Assembly (NCBI GenBank): GCA_963837175.1
Contig: CAWIMJ010000014.1
Span: 1 to 10,158 of the forward strand
DNA length: 10,158 nt
Source: an uncultured Nitrososphaeraceae archaeon
GTDB lineage: Archaea > Thermoproteota > Nitrososphaeria > Nitrososphaerales > Nitrososphaeraceae
Direction of reading: 5' to 3'
Positions 8,153-10,158 of this stretch are shown here, in pieces. The translations under genes and the position numbers were made by a program. Position 1 is the stretch's first letter, and every line of letters starts with the position of its first letter. Below the pieces are notes generated by a model. The model saw only the letters and a list, made by a program, of their open reading frames with translations, did not search any database and was not told where the DNA came from.

Positions 8153-8536
8153 TCAATATCTATCTGATTCATCTTTTACAAAGGGTATTATTTTATTCAA
8201 AATTATGGACTCATGGTCTGCCTCTGTATCAAATGATACCATTAGAATAGGGTAGTCTTCGTTGTCTAATGATAATGTTGTCCGTTTTATTTTCTCATAC
8301 AATGTGAAGGAGTATATTGGTTTACCTATTTGTAATTGCAAATCTCTTCTAGTATTCATTCTTATGATAGATTCAATAGCGGACAGATCTGATTGACGTT
8401 CTGTCAGTAGTGGAATCAAGCCCTTTCTATATTCTCCGGCTATTTGCTTGCCAAATTTGTTAGAAATAGCTGCAAATCTAATACAGCTGTCTTCTACTAG
8501 TATTTGTCGACAGAGATCTTTTAGGTGTATGGTCAT
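8153..8536 (-). CDS. DUF6659-like thaumarchaeal protein (roadblock/longin-like fold predicted); likely start ATG at 8536
   Basis: LCRQIL...IRFAAISNKFGKQIAGEYRKGLIPLL...IGKPIYSFTLYEKIKRTT...ILMVSFDTEADH matches the pattern of this family. Confidence 0.8.
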   Translation of the reverse strand: MTIHLKDLCRQILVEDSCIRFAAISNKFGKQIAGEYRKGLIPLLTERQSDLSAIESIIRMNTRRDLQLQIGKPIYSFTLYEKIKRTTLSLDNEDYPILMVSFDTEADHESIILNKIIPFVKDESDRY

Positions 8537-8703
8537 TGCTGATTCTTCAAGCACAACCTTACTATAGACAGGATACAATTGTACTTTAGTAAAAACTACT
8601 TCTGATTTGTTAAAGATGCCGCTGATTACTTAGACAGATTTCGATTTATTTAATGTAGGACTGAGCAGAGTTAATGTTTGCGATGTTGTATTATAATTAT
8701 TGT

Positions 8704-8865
8704 ATGGAAATAACAGAATCTATTGCATGGGTTGCATTAGGTTTTCTACCTCTCTTTGGTTCTGTGGAAGTAGTTTGGAGACTTGGAAAGAAGAGATCCT
8801 TCAAAGTCAGCACTAAAGAGGCAATTATGAAAAAAAAGGTGTCTATGGATGTACTACCCAAATAG
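8704..8865 (+). CDS. Small single-pass membrane protein (about 53 aa); likely start ATG at 8704
   Basis: MEITESIAWVALGFLPLFGSVEVVWRLGKKR has one hydrophobic segment followed by a Lys/Arg-rich tail; overlaps the next ORF by 17 nt. Confidence 0.6.
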   Translation: MEITESIAWVALGFLPLFGSVEVVWRLGKKRSFKVSTKEAIMKKKVSMDVLPK

Positions 8866-9280
8866 CATAACGGCATTACAACAATTGCTTTTTTCAGGAT
8901 CACCATTAACACCTACTAGTGCCAAAGAAGAAGAAAGTGGTAGTGATAAGAAAAATGTGCGTTGTCATATAACAAAAAAATCTCAAAATATAAGTCATAT
9001 GAGAAATGGAATAGAGTATTGCTCCGTAGAAGTTAGCTGTGACGATGGGAGCCAATATGGAATACAGGCTTATGGAGATGAAGCTATAGATCTCTATAAA
9101 GAAATATACAAATGTTATATGTGTGGCATGCCTCCTAAAGAATTAGACAAATCTACGTTATTAGAAGAAAGAATTGACCGTACAACTTATACATTTGATA
9201 ATAATGGATGTGCACTAATATTCAAGAAGCTTAGGAGTGTAATGGGGGAAGAGGACGAAGGACACATCTTGGAGAACTAG
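8849..9280 (+). CDS. Two-domain hypothetical protein with a C-terminal TRASH/YHS-like Cys metal-binding module
   Basis: The N-domain has C...YCSVEVSCDDGSQYGIQAYGDEA; the C-domain has CYMCG...EERIDRTTYTFDNNGCALIFKK (CxxC plus a distal Y.F....C). Confidence 0.7.
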   Translation: MYYPNSITALQQLLFSGSPLTPTSAKEEESGSDKKNVRCHITKKSQNISHMRNGIEYCSVEVSCDDGSQYGIQAYGDEAIDLYKEIYKCYMCGMPPKELDKSTLLEERIDRTTYTFDNNGCALIFKKLRSVMGEEDEGHILEN

Positions 9281-9632
9281 ATATCATCACATTTATTTCA
9301 GTCTAATATAAAGTGTTTAACCATAATTTTCTTCATTCTAATGATAGAAATATACATTTAGGACCAATATTGTCATGGAGACCCTTGGGTCTAAATTAAT
9401 CGTCATGCCACATTTAGATTAACTTCTCTGATCCTGCTTTAATTAGACGACGAAAATATAAATAGCAAAAATCATTGAACCCCTTTACCACAAGGGATAG
9501 AATCCCATTTGCCCCGTTAAATCTTCAATTCACGTCCCGACTAAGAATAAATCCAAAGAGTATCAAATTAAACTAAACTCAGCAGTCGCCTCATCTATAA
9601 AAAATATTCGAATACAAAATACAGCCAATTAG

Positions 9633-10037
9633 CTAATGTACCCATTCCCAACTTCTAGCTGAAGTATTACCAACTTCATTTACATTATATTCAAAGACTG
9701 CCATAAGATTATTAATAAAACCAAAGGTTCCAGTTGAATCAGTCTGATAGAAAATAGAGCCACGAAACCATATTGTTCTAGGTGCAGTAAAACGCCCAAG
9801 TCCTTGCGCAGTCCATGTCGCAAACTGACCATCTCTAGTTGTTAAAAGACCTTGTCCTTGTCCATACAATGCTCCACCTGATCTTGGAATTGTCCAATAG
9901 GTTCCCAAGTTGGTGACTTCTATAGTTCTATATATTCCTTCAGCAGAGAACGTGCTTTCTATTTTAGGTCCTTCGGCATCAAGTACTCTTTGACCAATAA
10001 TACGACCATTTTCTTGGCCCAATTCTGCACCTAACAT
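9633..10037 (-). CDS. Conserved thaumarchaeal hypothetical protein, Gly/Thr-rich predicted beta-barrel
   Basis: Intact 134-aa ORF with alternating beta-strand patterns (GRIIGQRVLD, LYGQGQGLLTTRDGQFATWTAQG, FRGSIFY, INNLMAVFEY, WEW). Confidence 0.8.
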   Translation of the reverse strand: MLGAELGQENGRIIGQRVLDAEGPKIESTFSAEGIYRTIEVTNLGTYWTIPRSGGALYGQGQGLLTTRDGQFATWTAQGLGRFTAPRTIWFRGSIFYQTDSTGTFGFINNLMAVFEYNVNEVGNTSARSWEWVH

Positions 10038-10067
10038 AATTATATTAAAACAGGCCCTGCCTTAAGG

Positions 10068-10075
10068 TTTTATAA
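10068..10075 (-). promoter_or_regulatory. Candidate TATA box (TTATAAAA) for the 9633-10037 gene
   Basis: Lies 31-38 nt upstream of ATG 10037 on the minus strand. Confidence 0.35.
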
Positions 10076-10158
10076 GCTAGCCCTGGAATTTGTAATTTAG
10101 ACTTATTATTATTTAATTAATGATTATATAACTAACCTAGTTTGATAATTAAGGATTA

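Noticed and set aside
8697-8912. 71-aa minus-strand ORF
   Set aside because: Antisense to two more plausible plus-strand genes.
9379-9506. Short hairpins (AGACCC-TT-GGGTCT, CCCTT...AAGGG, GGGAT-AGA-ATCCC) in the 9281-9632 gap
   Set aside because: Stems are only 5-6 bp, with no tRNA, CRISPR or recognisable ncRNA pattern.

Overview
AT-rich window whose gene families point, by inference, to a soil ammonia-oxidising archaeon (Nitrososphaerota/Thaumarchaeota, Nitrososphaeraceae-like). It is an accessory, partly decaying region. From left to right it holds: a secreted calcineurin-like metallophosphoesterase with an in-frame TAA; a PD-(D/E)XK nuclease-DUF5655 gene split by a +1 frameshift; a phasin-like helical protein with a 17-bp palindrome upstream; a histidine-kinase (HATPase) remnant coupled to a single-domain receiver; a Cys-containing secreted 'WWQW' protein; an IS6-family transposase relic; a ~10-TM membrane protein split by a +1 frameshift; a second receiver; a yjbQ pseudogene missed by the ORF track; a DUF6659 roadblock-like protein; a small membrane protein overlapping a TRASH-like metal-binding protein; and a beta-barrel hypothetical protein. 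The most interesting candidate system is the divergent secreted-protein / 10-TM-protein pair flanked by two receivers and a kinase remnant, a possible uncharacterised archaeal transmembrane signalling module. No rRNA, tRNA or CRISPR array was seen. Family calls come from recognising motifs by eye; no searches were run.
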